This document shows, one piece after another, positions 23,784-35,746 of a DNA stretch of 64,000 bases. The translations under genes were made by a program, and so were the position numbers. Under the pieces are notes generated by a model. It made no database searches. It was not told the DNA's origin and saw only the letters and a program-made list of their open reading frames with translations. Source of the stretch: Phaeosaccion multiseriatum (taxonomy: Eukaryota > Protista > Ochrophyta, other classes); assembly GCA_965112735.1 (NCBI GenBank), contig OZ218958.1:930001-994000 (forward strand). Direction: 5' to 3'. Numbering within the stretch: position 1 is the stretch's first letter; each line of letters begins with the position of its first letter.

Positions 23784-24178
23784 AGCGGACAGGCAGTTGT
23801 AACACAGGTCCCTCTTCGTTCTCACTTGCTATCTCTGGTCTAACACAGAGCAATACGCCCTCCACCTCCGTTTCTCCACCACCCGGAGCTCCTTGAAGTT
23901 GACCTTGCACAGAGGGCAAAGCGGTCTTAGTTTGTGTAGGTTGGCTGGCGTGGGAATGGGATACACTGCCCTTTCCTTCTTTCTCTCACTCCGGTTTCCC
24001 TCCTCTTTTCTTTCCTCTCTTTATCTCCGTTCTATCCTGCTTTATCCGCCCCCAACTGCAGAAAAACGGAAGAGCTGAAATTCAAACTGGATGGTTTCCA
24101 GGCTGGGATGTCTCTCTATTTACTTCCCCTCTCAGTCAATCCATTCTGTACCTGATCCCCCTCTATTGGTAGAGCGGT

Positions 24179-26891
24179 ATGGCTTCCGCGGCGGAGCCAA
24201 TTCCTTTCATCGTTGGGGAAGACGATGGGAAGTTCAGGTGAGATATTTGGAGAGAGAAGGAGAGAGAGGAGGGAGGAAGAGGCAGAGTGGCATCACAAAG
24301 CCGATATCCAAAGCCCCTCATGATTTGCGAGCGAGGCACGGTGTTGTCCGCCCCCCCTTAACGTGGACCTGTGGCTGGGGGCTGATGACTTCATCTCTCT
24401 CTTCTCTCCCCCTCCGCCTGCCCCACTCGCCTGAGCATCATCCACGTCTACCCTCTTGTCTTTGAAGTCGCTCAATTTTCCCTCTCCCCTCCTTTTGCTT
24501 CTTGCTTGTAGTCTCCCATCCTCATTGTTTCATGACACTTCCCCATCTGCTCTTTGCCTCAACCCTCGCATTCTTTCACATCATGTGATGTCAGTGTGAA
24601 TCAGGCCGCAGTTGATGTTTTGCACAGTTTGGGAGGCGCCAAGGTTGCTTTAGTAGCGGTGGCTGGACCCTGGCGGACGGGCAAATCCTTCCTCCTCAAC
24701 CAGCTTCTCGACTCAGGCAAGCCGCGAGGAAAGGTAAGTGCGTGTGAGAGAGAGGGGAGGCAATGGGTAGGATACAGCTGCCTCTGCGGCTGCTTCTGGT
24801 TTGGCGAGAGAGAGAGAGAGGGGGAGTGTTGACAATAGAGTCTCCGCTGCTAATATGTACAGTCGTAATAGAAACATCATGCTGCCTACGTCTCTCTTCC
24901 TCACCTTTCGTCCCCCCCAATCCTTGTACGTTTGCAAAACTCTCTCTGTCTCCACATCATACGTCCGCACAGGATGCGGTTCCGGGGTTCCAGGTGGGGG
25001 GAACAGTGAATGCTTGCACAAGAGGAATTTGGGTGTGGGGGGAGCCCATCGAGCTCGAGGATGGCACCAAAGTGCTCCTTGTGGACACCGAGGGCCTCTG
25101 TTCAGTCAAGCAGTCGGCGCATGCTGATGTCAGCATCTTTGCCCTGTCGCTGCTGCTGAGCTCCTTCTTTGTGTGGAACAGTCGAGGAGGTGAGGAGTGT
25201 GGAGAAAGGGAGGGAGGAAGAAAGAACGAGAGAGAGAAATAATGAAAACAGAGAGATAGAGAGAGAAAGAGAGAGAGGGGGGCAGAGAGAAAGAGGGAAG
25301 AGAGAGAGACAAAGAGAAAGAGAGAGGGGTCAACCTCACCTGCCTGGTTCGGCAGGTAATGGCTCAGGGCTCAGCCCGGCCCCTCTCTACCCCTTCCTCC
25401 CCGTATGCCTGCCCATATGCCTGCCCCTATGCCTGGCCAGTGATCGACGGAGCGGCTCTGGAGATGATGGCGGTGGTGGTGTCTCTCACCAAGCACCTGC
25501 ACGTACGCTCCTCCAACAAGGTACGGTACGCGAGTTGGTGGTACGGGACGGGATGCTGGGGCGGAGATTAGACAGGTAGATAGACACACAGGCTGGCAGA
25601 CAGACAGACTGACAGACAGGCAGGCACGGACAGGCAGGCAGACAGAGACAGGCAGATAGGTAAGACACGGTCCGGACTTCTCTCCTCTGTAGCATGGCAG
25701 CTTATGGCAAAAAAAATGTCCTCCTTGCCGTGTCCTCAGAACGGACCAGCAGCAGCAACCGCAGCAACAGGAGGAGGAGGAGGAGGAGGGCCTGCCCGTC
25801 AGGCGTCCTTCTCTACCCTAGAGGAGATGGAGGACGGAGCCCAGTCAGAGGCGGCGCTGGCCCCCTCCACGGCAGACGCGCTGGCGGACTACTTCCCAGG
25901 CTTCCTGTGGGTTGTGAGGGACTTTACGCTGCAGCTTGAGGCCGGGGGGAGGAAGTTTTCAGAGAGGTAGGCTAGTGTTGTTGTGTGTGCGTGTGTGAGT
26001 TGGGTGTGTGTGTGAGAGAGAGAGAGTGTGTGTGTGTGTGTGTGTGTGCGTATATGTGGGTGTGTCGGTGCGTGTGCGTGTGCGTGTGCGTGTGCGTTGA
26101 TTGGCCGAAACGGGACTTTCGAAGCATCGAGCCTTGTCGGCATGTTGGAACAGAGGGAGCAGACACAATCCACTGCCGTCCACTGCCATCCACTGAGAAG
26201 GGCATCTCACACTCTTGCTTACGCTCCTTCGACAAACCTCGTTTTGTGCACCTCTCTCCTCTCACCTGCCTCGTATGTGTGTGTGTGCATATATATATAC
26301 GTGTGGGTGTACGTTTTTATACGTGTGTGTATGTGTATCTGTATGTGTGCGTGCGTCCCCTTAGGCAATACCTGGAGAAGGCTCTGAAACCTCAAGCGGG
26401 GATGGGCGAAGAGGTGGATAAGCGGAACCGCATCCGCACCCTTCTCAGCTCCTTCTTTAGGGTACGTAAAGGGTCGAGGAGTGCTTACGTAAGGGGGGGG
26501 AAGGGGGGCTTTGGGCCCTACTTTTGTTGCCCTTTAGGTTGGGGGAAAGGAGCAGAGGGAGGGAAGGAGGGACAGAGACAGAGAAAGGGGTACATTGTGA
26601 TCCAATTTCATTTCTTGTGACTCAGTTCTCCCTCATATTGCGGGCATGCATGCAGGGAGGTGGGGGTGGGTGGATGGATGGATGGATGGATGGATGGATG
26701 GATGGATGGATGGATGGATGGATGGATGGATGGATGGATGGATGGATGGGTGGGTGAATGGGTGGGTGGATGGATGGATGGATGGATGGATGGGTGGATA
26801 GGATGGATGGATGGGTGGATAGGATGGATGGATGGATGGATGGATGGATGGATGGATGGGTGGATGGATGGATGGATGGATGGATGGATGG

Positions 26892-26927
<36 letters not shown>

Positions 26928-29900
26928 GTGGGTGGGTGGGTGGATGGATGGGTGGATGGGTGGATGGGTGGATGGGTGGGTGGATGGATGGATGGATGGA
27001 TGGATGGATAGGTGAATGGATGGATGGATGGGTGGGTGGATGGATGGATGGATAGGTGAATGGATGGATGGACGGATGGATGAATGGATGGATGGATGGA
27101 TGAATGGATGGATGTATGGGTGAAGGGATGGATGGATGGATGGGTGGATGGATGGATGGAAGGATGTATGTAAGTATGGGTGGGTGGATAAAAAGGTGGA
27201 TGGATGGATGGATGGATGGATAAAAAGGTGGATGGGTGGATGTACGTGGAGAGAGTAGGATTAGAAGAAGAAATCACTCCGACACCCTTCACAAGCTTCG
27301 CAAGTCCAACACCTCAGACCTCACACCCGACACCGACCAAACCCCATGTACTGAATCGAATGAATGCTGACGACCCACAGGAGCGAGACTGTGTGACTCT
27401 TGTCCGTCCATGCGAAGACGAGGCCAAACTTCGACGACTATCGTCTCTGCCCAGAGAGGAGCTGCGACAGCCCTTCCTGGACGGCATTGAAACCGTCAGG
27501 CGCAAGGTGTTTCAGCAGTGCCGCCCGAAAGTGCTCAAGGGAAGGCAGCTCACGGGCAGGCAGATCGCCACGCTCGCTCAGGCTTACGTAGCCGCCATCA
27601 ACAGGTGAGTTGGAGTTGGGACTTTGTTGGCTCTTTGAGTTTTTTTTGGCGGGCCTGCTTCCCTCTCTCCTACTCACCCACAAACACAGCACACAAACAC
27701 ACACACACAAACACTATGTCTCTTTCCCACGCACCTATGCATGCACAAACTTTCTCCCTCTTCCTCCCCCTCCCCCTCCCCCTCTCTGTCCTTCTGCCTC
27801 TCTCTCTCTCTGTGGCGCCCCTCCTCATGACCCCCTCCCTCTGTATGCCCCCCCCCCGTTTGGCCTCCTCGTGTTGGTCATACGGCAGTGGCACGGGGCC
27901 TGTGATCAGCGATGCCTGGACTCGAGTCGTTGAGGGCCAAGCAGACAGGGCCATGCAAGATGCAGTGAGACACTATAGGCAGCAAATGAGCGAGGGACTT
28001 GGCTTTTCCTATCTGCAGGGGCGGGCCAGCGGAGGGGGAGGAGGGCGGGGGGCAGGAGGGAAGGGGTGGAGCGACCTTCGGTTCAAGGTTAGTCAGGGGG
28101 GTTCAGGGGAGTGAGAGAGGGGTGAGAGAGGGGTGAGAGAGGGGTGAGAGAGTGAGTGAGAGAGGGGTGAGAGAAGGGTGAGAGAGGAGAGAGGGGTGAG
28201 AGAGGGGTGAGAGGAGTGAGAGGAGTGAGAGAGAGGGTGAGAGAGGGGTGAGAGAGGGGTGAGAGAGGAGTGAGGGGTGAGAGAGGAGAGAGAGAGGAGT
28301 GAGAGGGGTGAGAGAGGAGTGAGAGGGGTGAGAGAGGAGTGAGGGGTGAGAGAGGAGTGAGGGAAGAAAGGGATTCAAAGTGGTTCAGAGTGGGGGAGGG
28401 GGTCAGAGGATCGAAGGGGGGCTAATTGTTGGGTAGTACGGCCACACACACAATTCTTATGGCCCATGTATATCGCTCCCTCCGCTCCCACCCCTCCCCT
28501 CCCTCCCTCTCTTCCCTCCCTCCCCTCCCCTCCCCTCCCTTCCCTCACTCCTCTCCTCCGTTCAGGTGGACCTGTCCCCCGCTGCCTCTCCAGGGCTTCC
28601 CGTCTCCACTCCCGCACTTCTACAAGCACACGATGCCGCTTTGGCAGCAGCAGTCGCCAAATGTGTATCCGAGGCGTGGGGAGATGCGGCACCGGATTTG
28701 GCCAGGAGGTTGGGGAAGCAGGTGGTGATGGAGCAGCTCAGTCTTGTCCTTGAGGCCAATGAAGGAGCTGCGCTAGAGGCATGTAGGAAACAGCAGAGGG
28801 AAGGGAGAGGGGAAGGGGAGGGGGGGGAAGAGGAGGGGGGCAAGAAGACGAAGAACAAGAACAAGAACAAGAAGAAACAGCAGGGCTTATCAGCACAGCA
28901 GCTGCAAAAGAAGGGAGGGGGAGAAGGAGAAGAAGGAGCAACAGGAGGAGGAGGAGACGATCCCGAGGAGGAGGCGCTAAGGTTGATGCTGAACGGAGGT
29001 GGGGGGGGTCAGGAGAGTGACGGCGTTTCTGCGGGTCGAGGGCCGGTGGAGTGGGAGGTGTGGACGGAGGGTTTCAAAGCAGACATGCAGCGGAGAGCGG
29101 ACGTCTTGGGGCGGGCTACCACCTGGCATAGGTAAGGGTAGATCACCAACTGCCATACATTGTTGTTGTTTCAGTTTAGTTTCAGTTTTTTTTGGGTGTG
29201 TATATGGTCTGTGGGAAGGGTATCACCACATGCCTTACATCGTACGTAGTAGTTGTTTCAGTTCAGTATCACTTTATTCGGTGATGTATGTATGTAGTAG
29301 GGTTAGTGAGTTTCCATTTGGCGCTGGAGTGTTTGTGTGTATTACCAATTGGCGCTGATACCCCCCTGCCATACCCCCCTCTGTCTTCTCCCCCCCCCTC
29401 CTCCCCTCTCTCCCTCTCCTCCCTCTCTCCCCCATCCCTCCTTCCCTCTCTCCTCCTCGTCCCCCCTCAAAACAACAGACATGAACACAAGCGCTTGATG
29501 GATGCCCTGCAGCAACAAAAGACGGAGCTGGAGCTGAGTGAGAGTGCCTTCGACTCGCTCACGGCCTCTGCCGCCGATGAGATAGAGGCTCACAAACAGG
29601 CTCGACAGGCGGGGCTGAGCGCCACAAAGGTGGGTGGGCAAGGAATGGACCCCACGAGTGGTAGCTAAAGGGAATCTCTCCTTCCCCTGTCTGCGTGTAC
29701 AGAGTGTCAGGCTTCAAGGGTGTGTGTGTGTCCGTTTATTTCAGATTCCCAGAGTGAGGTTCAATGTTGTTTCCCGCTGTGTATTTCGTAATTTACGTAA
29801 TTTTCGTGACGATTTCGCAGGCGGAAGCGGCGGGGGTGGTGGCGAGGTGCGCTCTGCTGGCGACGACGAAGAACCAATGGGAGGACGTAACGGCAGTGAC

Positions 29901-32900
29901 GGAGAAGGCGGTCAAGAGGGTGCAGGAGACGACGGGCACGCAGGGGACGCAGCTGCTCAACAAGGTATACGCACATTTACACACGCATGTATATATGCAT
30001 ACACGCATACACACACACACGCGCACACACACACACACACACTAGACACGGGTAGGATAGGGATTCGACAGGGTACAAGCAACACACGCACATTTCGCTC
30101 AGGATCTTTGCGCTGCTCTGATACCTTCGTCTTCCACATCTGTCTCTGTGTGTGTGTGTGTGTCTCTCCCCCTCCCCCCATCTCTCCTTTCTCCCTCTGC
30201 CCTCGAATGGTGCTCCAAATCCATCTGTATCTCTCTATCTGTTCCTCCGTCTCTCTCTCTTACCTACGTGTCTCTATCCTCTCTCCCTCCCTCCTCTCTC
30301 TTCCCCTTTCTCTTTGTCTCCGCCCCCCCCCCCCCTTCAGCTTGTGGAGATGAAGGTGACATGCACCAAGGCCGTGGTGAAAGGATCTCTCCTGGGGGAT
30401 GGCAGTGGAGGGGCTGAGCAGCCCGACGAGGACGATGAGGAGCACAAGGACGAGCGGAAAGTTGGGGGGAGGGGAGGAGGAGGAGGAGGAGGTGACGCGA
30501 ATGTAGCGAAAGGTAAAGGAGGCAAGGGAAGAGTCAACGCGCTTGTGGCCGCAGCCAACACTCGCACCTTACGGAAAGAGGTGAGATAAAGGACGGGAGA
30601 GGACACAAGGCAAGCAGAGCTCAACCTAAATATTCCCTTCTGGCTTGCCCTGGCTTGCCCTGGCTTGCCCGTCTTGCCTTGGCTTGCCCGTCTTGCCCTG
30701 GCTTGCCCGTCTTGCCCTACCTTGCTCGTCCCCTCCACAACGATGCATTTAAGATGCGGGTTGCGCGTCGGTTGCATGTCGGTTGCATGTCGGTTGCGTG
30801 TCGGTTGCGTGTCGGTTGCATGTCTGTCGCATGTTGCGTGCGTGTCGTTTCCCCCTTTCCCCGCACCACGGGGGAGGGGAGCAATCTCGCATATGCCCAT
30901 TTCAGTTCCAGTTTCGGTGCATAGGCATAGGCCCTTACATGTCTCCCCCTTTTCCTCCCTCCCTCCCTCCCTCCCTCCCCCCACCCCTTCCTCCTTCCCT
31001 CCCTCCCTCCCTCCCTCCCTCCCTTCCTCCCTCCCTCCCTCCCTCCCTCCCCTCCCGCCCCCCCACATCCCCCGTACCACCAACAGGTCAACATGCTGCA
31101 ACAAGAACTCGCCAACACCCTCACCGAGCTCGAGCGCTCTCTGTCTGTACTGCAGATGGATGACACCATTGAAGAGCAGCGCATGCAGGCCACCAAGGAG
31201 GCAGAGGAGCTGCTAAAGCTTGTGGAGGTGCTTGTGGAGGAGGTGGAGATGGAGAAGGGTTACGTACCACAGGGGGCTGTTCGGTGAGTGAGTGGTTGTG
31301 CTTCCCAAGTTTCAGGTGTCTTTTGCTCTCTCAGTTCGAGTTTGAGTGGCATTCCCAGTTCGAGTTTGAGTTTCAGTCTCGATTCGAGCTTCTGGAGGTG
31401 CTGGTGGGGGAGGTGGAGATTCGGAAATGAGCTTTTTGTGCCGCACGGGCCTGTTCGGTTCGTATTTGTCAGTGCCACCCTCAGTTTCAATGTCAGTTTA
31501 TGGACCCCACGCTCACCTCCCCCCACGTGCTTTGACTGTTTTGTCTATGTGTCTGTCTTATTGTGTGCCATCAGCGACCATCTGGAGAAGCTTCCCCTGT
31601 TGGACGGCATCAAGTCTATTCCCGTGCCTCAGGCCAATCGCCGCCCCGGCCTTGTGAGTATGGCGCAAACGGAAACCTGCCCCCCTGACTCTGACTCTTT
31701 GACCTTGAGCCTTTGTTTACCTCCGGCCCTGGCTCTGACCTTTGTGACCCCTTTTTTTACTCTCAACCCTGACCCTGACCTTGACTCAGAACCTTTTTTT
31801 TAGCTCTGACGCTCAATGTAGCTCCTGACGCTGACGCTGACTCTAACCCTCCCTGCCCCTCTTCTCCTCCATACTCCTCCTCCTCACCTGCTCCCCTTCC
31901 CCTCCTTAACTCCTTACTTGAACAGAGGATCTCTTCCCGAGACATCGTCCTTCCTCCCTCCCTGGAGGGTGGTGGTGGTAGTGGTGGTATTGCATACGCC
32001 TTCTCGCCGACCTCTCGGCAATCACAGCAGGCTCATCCGACGGCGGGAGCACCCCCCAGAGACGCACAGCAAGGCTCCTCTTTGGGGGCGCAACACCCAG
32101 GCTCAGGCTCAGGCTCTGGCTCAGGGGCAGGGGCAGGGGCAGGGGCAGGGGCAGCAAGTAGAGCGAGAGCCAGGGAGCAGGGCGACTGCGTGGTAGGCGG
32201 TGATGGTGATGGTGTGTCATCATCCGTGCTGCCGTGGGTCAGTACTGCTCTGAGTCGCATGGGGGCCTTGGTGGCGTGTACGCTTCTCTCACGGTGGGCC
32301 ATGGGCGCGCTCGTACGTTCGGCTTCGGCGGACGGTGTACTCAGTCTCCTCAAGATGAGTCGTGTGGTGGTGGGGGGGGGCAAGAAGAAAAGAGGGAAGG
32401 ATAGCGGCTCTTTAGGGGCGGCGAGTCGAGGTGTGGTGACGTTGGCTGCTCTCGAGCTACCTCTGCTCCAGGCGTGCCTGCTGTGCCTGGGTGGCGGGCT
32501 CGTGGCGCTTCTTCTCACGGCGCACTCTGCCGGCAGTGGGGTAGGAGCAGCAGCAGCAGCGCCAGGAGGAGGATCGGCCAGGAGGAGGAGGAGGAGGAGG
32601 GTGGGGATGCTGAGTCTGTCTGGCGTCAGGGCTCTCTTGCCGCTGGCGCTGCTGTACGGGACTGCCCTGGCTAGTGCGAGCTTCTGTGCGATGAACGACA
32701 ATCTCGACCCCGCCCTCTCCATGCTGCTAGGGGCCGTGCCGCTTGTGCCCAGGGCGGCCTTTAACAAGCGTGGCACGCCGCTGGTGACGTGCGTATTCCT
32801 CCTGCTCGCCTTCTTTACTCTCTTCTCGGACGCTGAAATACAGGGTGTCATGTCCGGTGCTTTGGGTCTCAAAGAGGATGATCTTTGGCTCGTGTGGGCG

Positions 32901-33479
32901 CAGATGCAACGGGTTGCTCGGACGGCCATGGCTGCGGTCACGGCGGCTGCCTCATCTACCGTATCACCAACTGCTACAGAAGAGGTGGACGGAGAGGATG
33001 TGGACGCTACTGCCGCTTCTGCCGCTGCCGCTGCTGCTTCTCTTGCCGCCGCGGGGAGGGTGCTGGCAAGACTTGCTCCGATTGCTGCGACTTGTCTTCT
33101 CTCGGCCTTCCTCCTGCGGGCCACTCGACTCTACGACGGCAGTGCTAGGGGTGTTGGTGGTGTTGGTAGTCGTCACCTGTCAGCAACCCCGGACTTGGCG
33201 AGAAGTATGGGCGCGATCGCCATTCTCGCGGCACTGCTGCTCGTGCCCTTTGTGTGGGTGGTGGAGGGGGGTGTGATTGGGCGGTACGGACCCACTCTGC
33301 TCAACTGGAGTGCGGAAAGCTGGGAGCGCGGAGACTATTCGGGGGCCTTGTGGTCGGTAGCGAAGGCGGAACTTTCGCAGAACGCTCTTCCGCTCGTGGT
33401 GTGGGGATACGCGCTCATTCATCTCGCCACTGTGCTTGTGGGGTGTGGTCATTCGCCTTCAGTTGGCGGCATGGAGTGA
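24179..33479 (+). CDS. Guanylate-binding protein/atlastin-family GTPase with coiled-coil region, apparently fused to a C-terminal multipass membrane domain (15 exons)
   Basis: G1 [18 protein letters not shown]; G2 CTRGIWVW; G3 LLVDTEGL; G4 FLWVVRDF; also RDCVTLVRP and AYVAAIN. Exons: 24179-24237, 24595-24733, 24973-25189, 25441-25520, 25740-25966, 26365-26461, 27381-27604, 27889-28087, 28566-29131, 29479-29629, 29821-29963, 30341-30580, 31087-31283, 31575-31653 and 31926-33479. All are GT-AG and in phase. Confidence 0.85.
26665..27240. repeat. (GGAT)n intronic microsatellite
   Basis: About 570 bp of ggat/gggt repeats. Confidence 0.95.
30641..30840. repeat. Two adjacent intronic minisatellites: (tggcttgccc)n and (cggttgcatgt)n
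   Basis: Directly visible 10-bp and 11-bp tandem units. Confidence 0.85.
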
Positions 33480-34361
33480 AAGGAGAAGGAGCGAGGGAGG
33501 CGGTAATTCCGCGGAAGCTTTTGGAAGCTGTTCTTTGGTGCAAGGAGTTTGCTCTCTCTCTCTCTCTCTCTCTTCGCAATTGCTAGTTGAGCAGAGAAGG
33601 GCACCGATTGCAAACGAGTGTGTCAGTCAGTAGCAGCTTCTCCTTAGAAGGAACAACCACTACATACCATAGAAGAAAGATGCTGATGTCACCTTTGTCC
33701 TTATTGTTGTGGGTAGTCTTTGGCATACAGCAACCCTGTCCAGCTACCCCCCACAAAGGGGGGTGAGTGGGCCTTCTCCACCACCACCATTGTAGGATAT
33801 ACACGTACGTGTATGCTTTCGCCTCTCGCCTCTCTCTCTGTGGGACGTCTCCTTCTCTCCCTCGCTCCCTCTCTTCATCTCTCTCTCCCTCGCTCAACCC
33901 CCCCTCCTCGCCAGGACGTGAAGACCACCTTCGATGAGCCTCGATGGTTTCGAGCTATGGCAGGCTCGAGGGCTCTCGCTCACGCACAAACCGCTGCCCC
34001 CTGTCTGCGTGGCTGGCTGGCTGGTTGTCTGGCTTGTCTGCCTAACTGCCTGCATGTCTACCTCTCTCTGCATCCGCTGTTCCGCCACACACCGGTTACG
34101 GTAACTCACTCCTTCCTTCCTTTCTTCCTTCCGTCCTTCCTTCCCTTCGTTCTTTCTTTCCAGGAGCGCCGTTCGCGACTCACCATTGACCGTCGCGAGT
34201 CATTCATTGCCTCAAGATGCTTTCCTCAAGGACATTGCTCCCTCTCGTCTTGAGCGAGCCTGCGAGCAAGGGCAGCAGTGAGGTAAGGTGCACTCTTACT
34301 GCGAAGAGAAGTCTTCTGTCTTCTATCCTCCTCCTTGTTGCTGTTGCTGCCGCCGCTCTCA

Positions 34362-34935
34362 TTATATGCCGGCAGCAGCGCGAGCAAGGAGGAGGGGCTC
34401 AAAGATCTTCAGCCCCAGGCCCAGCCCAACGAAGGTCCCCACCGCGTTGCCGAGAGTGCCCACAAGGAGAGCAGGAGCAACGAGCCGGCTCCAGCCTTGC
34501 GCAGCGGCCAGGGCGGAGGCGGTGGCGGGGTTACCTGGTGGTGTTGGGTCATGTAAGATGGGTCATATACAAGTTTGGGTCAGGTCTTCATTCAGTCTTA
34601 CATGAGTCTTACACAAAGTCATACACACAAGTCACACACAAGCATTCCGTAAGCCTTACCTATGCTGGCGTTGGAAGCCACAAGGCTCTCTCGGAGATCA
34701 AAGCCGAAGACTCGCTGCCCTGCAGTGGAGAGAGCAGAGATTGGAGTGTAGGCGTCAGGTCATTCTCTCTCTCTCTCCCTTCCTCACTCCCTTTCTCTCT
34801 TTCCTTCTCTCCTCCTCTCTCTCGCTCTCTCCAGCCCTCTCTCCCTCCCTCCCTCCCTCTCCCTCTCCCTCCCTCTCCCTCTCCCTCCCCCTCCCTGGAC
34901 CACCACCTCTCCTTCCCTCCGTCCCTCCCCCCCCC

Positions 34936-34974
<39 letters not shown>

Positions 34975-35668
34975 TCAGTCCGCTGTCTTACCTAGCAGCA
35001 CCACAGATAAATGGGTGGCGTAGAGAATGGCGAGGAAGGCCAACAGCGCGGCCGCCACTGGAGTGCCTAGGGACGACACAGCCCCGCTGCTCGCACCAAC
35101 CCCAGCAAAGAACATGTAAAGGAGACATGTTCCCAGCCCTGTGTGTCGACCGCCCATCCCGTGGGGTGCAGACAGGACAACAGAGGAGTTGGTGATACAG
35201 AAGAAGGCAACAGGAAAAGGGGTGGGGAGGGAGGGAGGGAGGGAGGGAGGGAGCGAGGGGAGAGCTTTCAGACCAGACGCTATGCGACGGCAGCAAAGAC
35301 TTCGTCCTACCTCAGAGAGGACAGAGGAGAGGGAGAGAGGGGGGAGAATGGAGGAAGCTCTTGCATTGGAGCCCTCCATCCGAAGCCTCCCACCCCCACA
35401 CCACATACAGACGCACACGCATATACAAACACACGCACACACACACACACACAACCACGAACACCCACACACGCACGCACACACGCGCGCGCACACACGA
35501 ACACACAAACACACTTACGCTGTCCCTCCTTGGCAACCGCGTCAAGCTTGAGTACGGGCACCACGATAGTCGCCATCGCTACAGCAAGGAAGGTGGACAC
35601 GGGGAGGGCTAGGGCCGCGGAACCGGTCACAAGGACGGACAGCTTTCCAGCAGCCGCCTGAGAGAATG

Positions 35669-35708
<40 letters not shown>

Positions 35709-35709
35709 G

Positions 35710-35746
<37 letters not shown>

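Noticed and set aside
26633-27292. ORFs made of HPSI/MDGW, PTYL, THSL or LSLS repeats
   Set aside because: They are translations of intronic microsatellites.
33673-34283. Possible small plus-strand exons (33673-33762, 33915-33959, 34164-34283)
   Set aside because: Splice-like signals are present, but I could not find a start, link them to a gene or recognise a product.
34335-34556. Plus-strand ORF ending in a CaaX-like CWVM
   Set aside because: It is the antisense of the last DUF819 exon (34362-34535).
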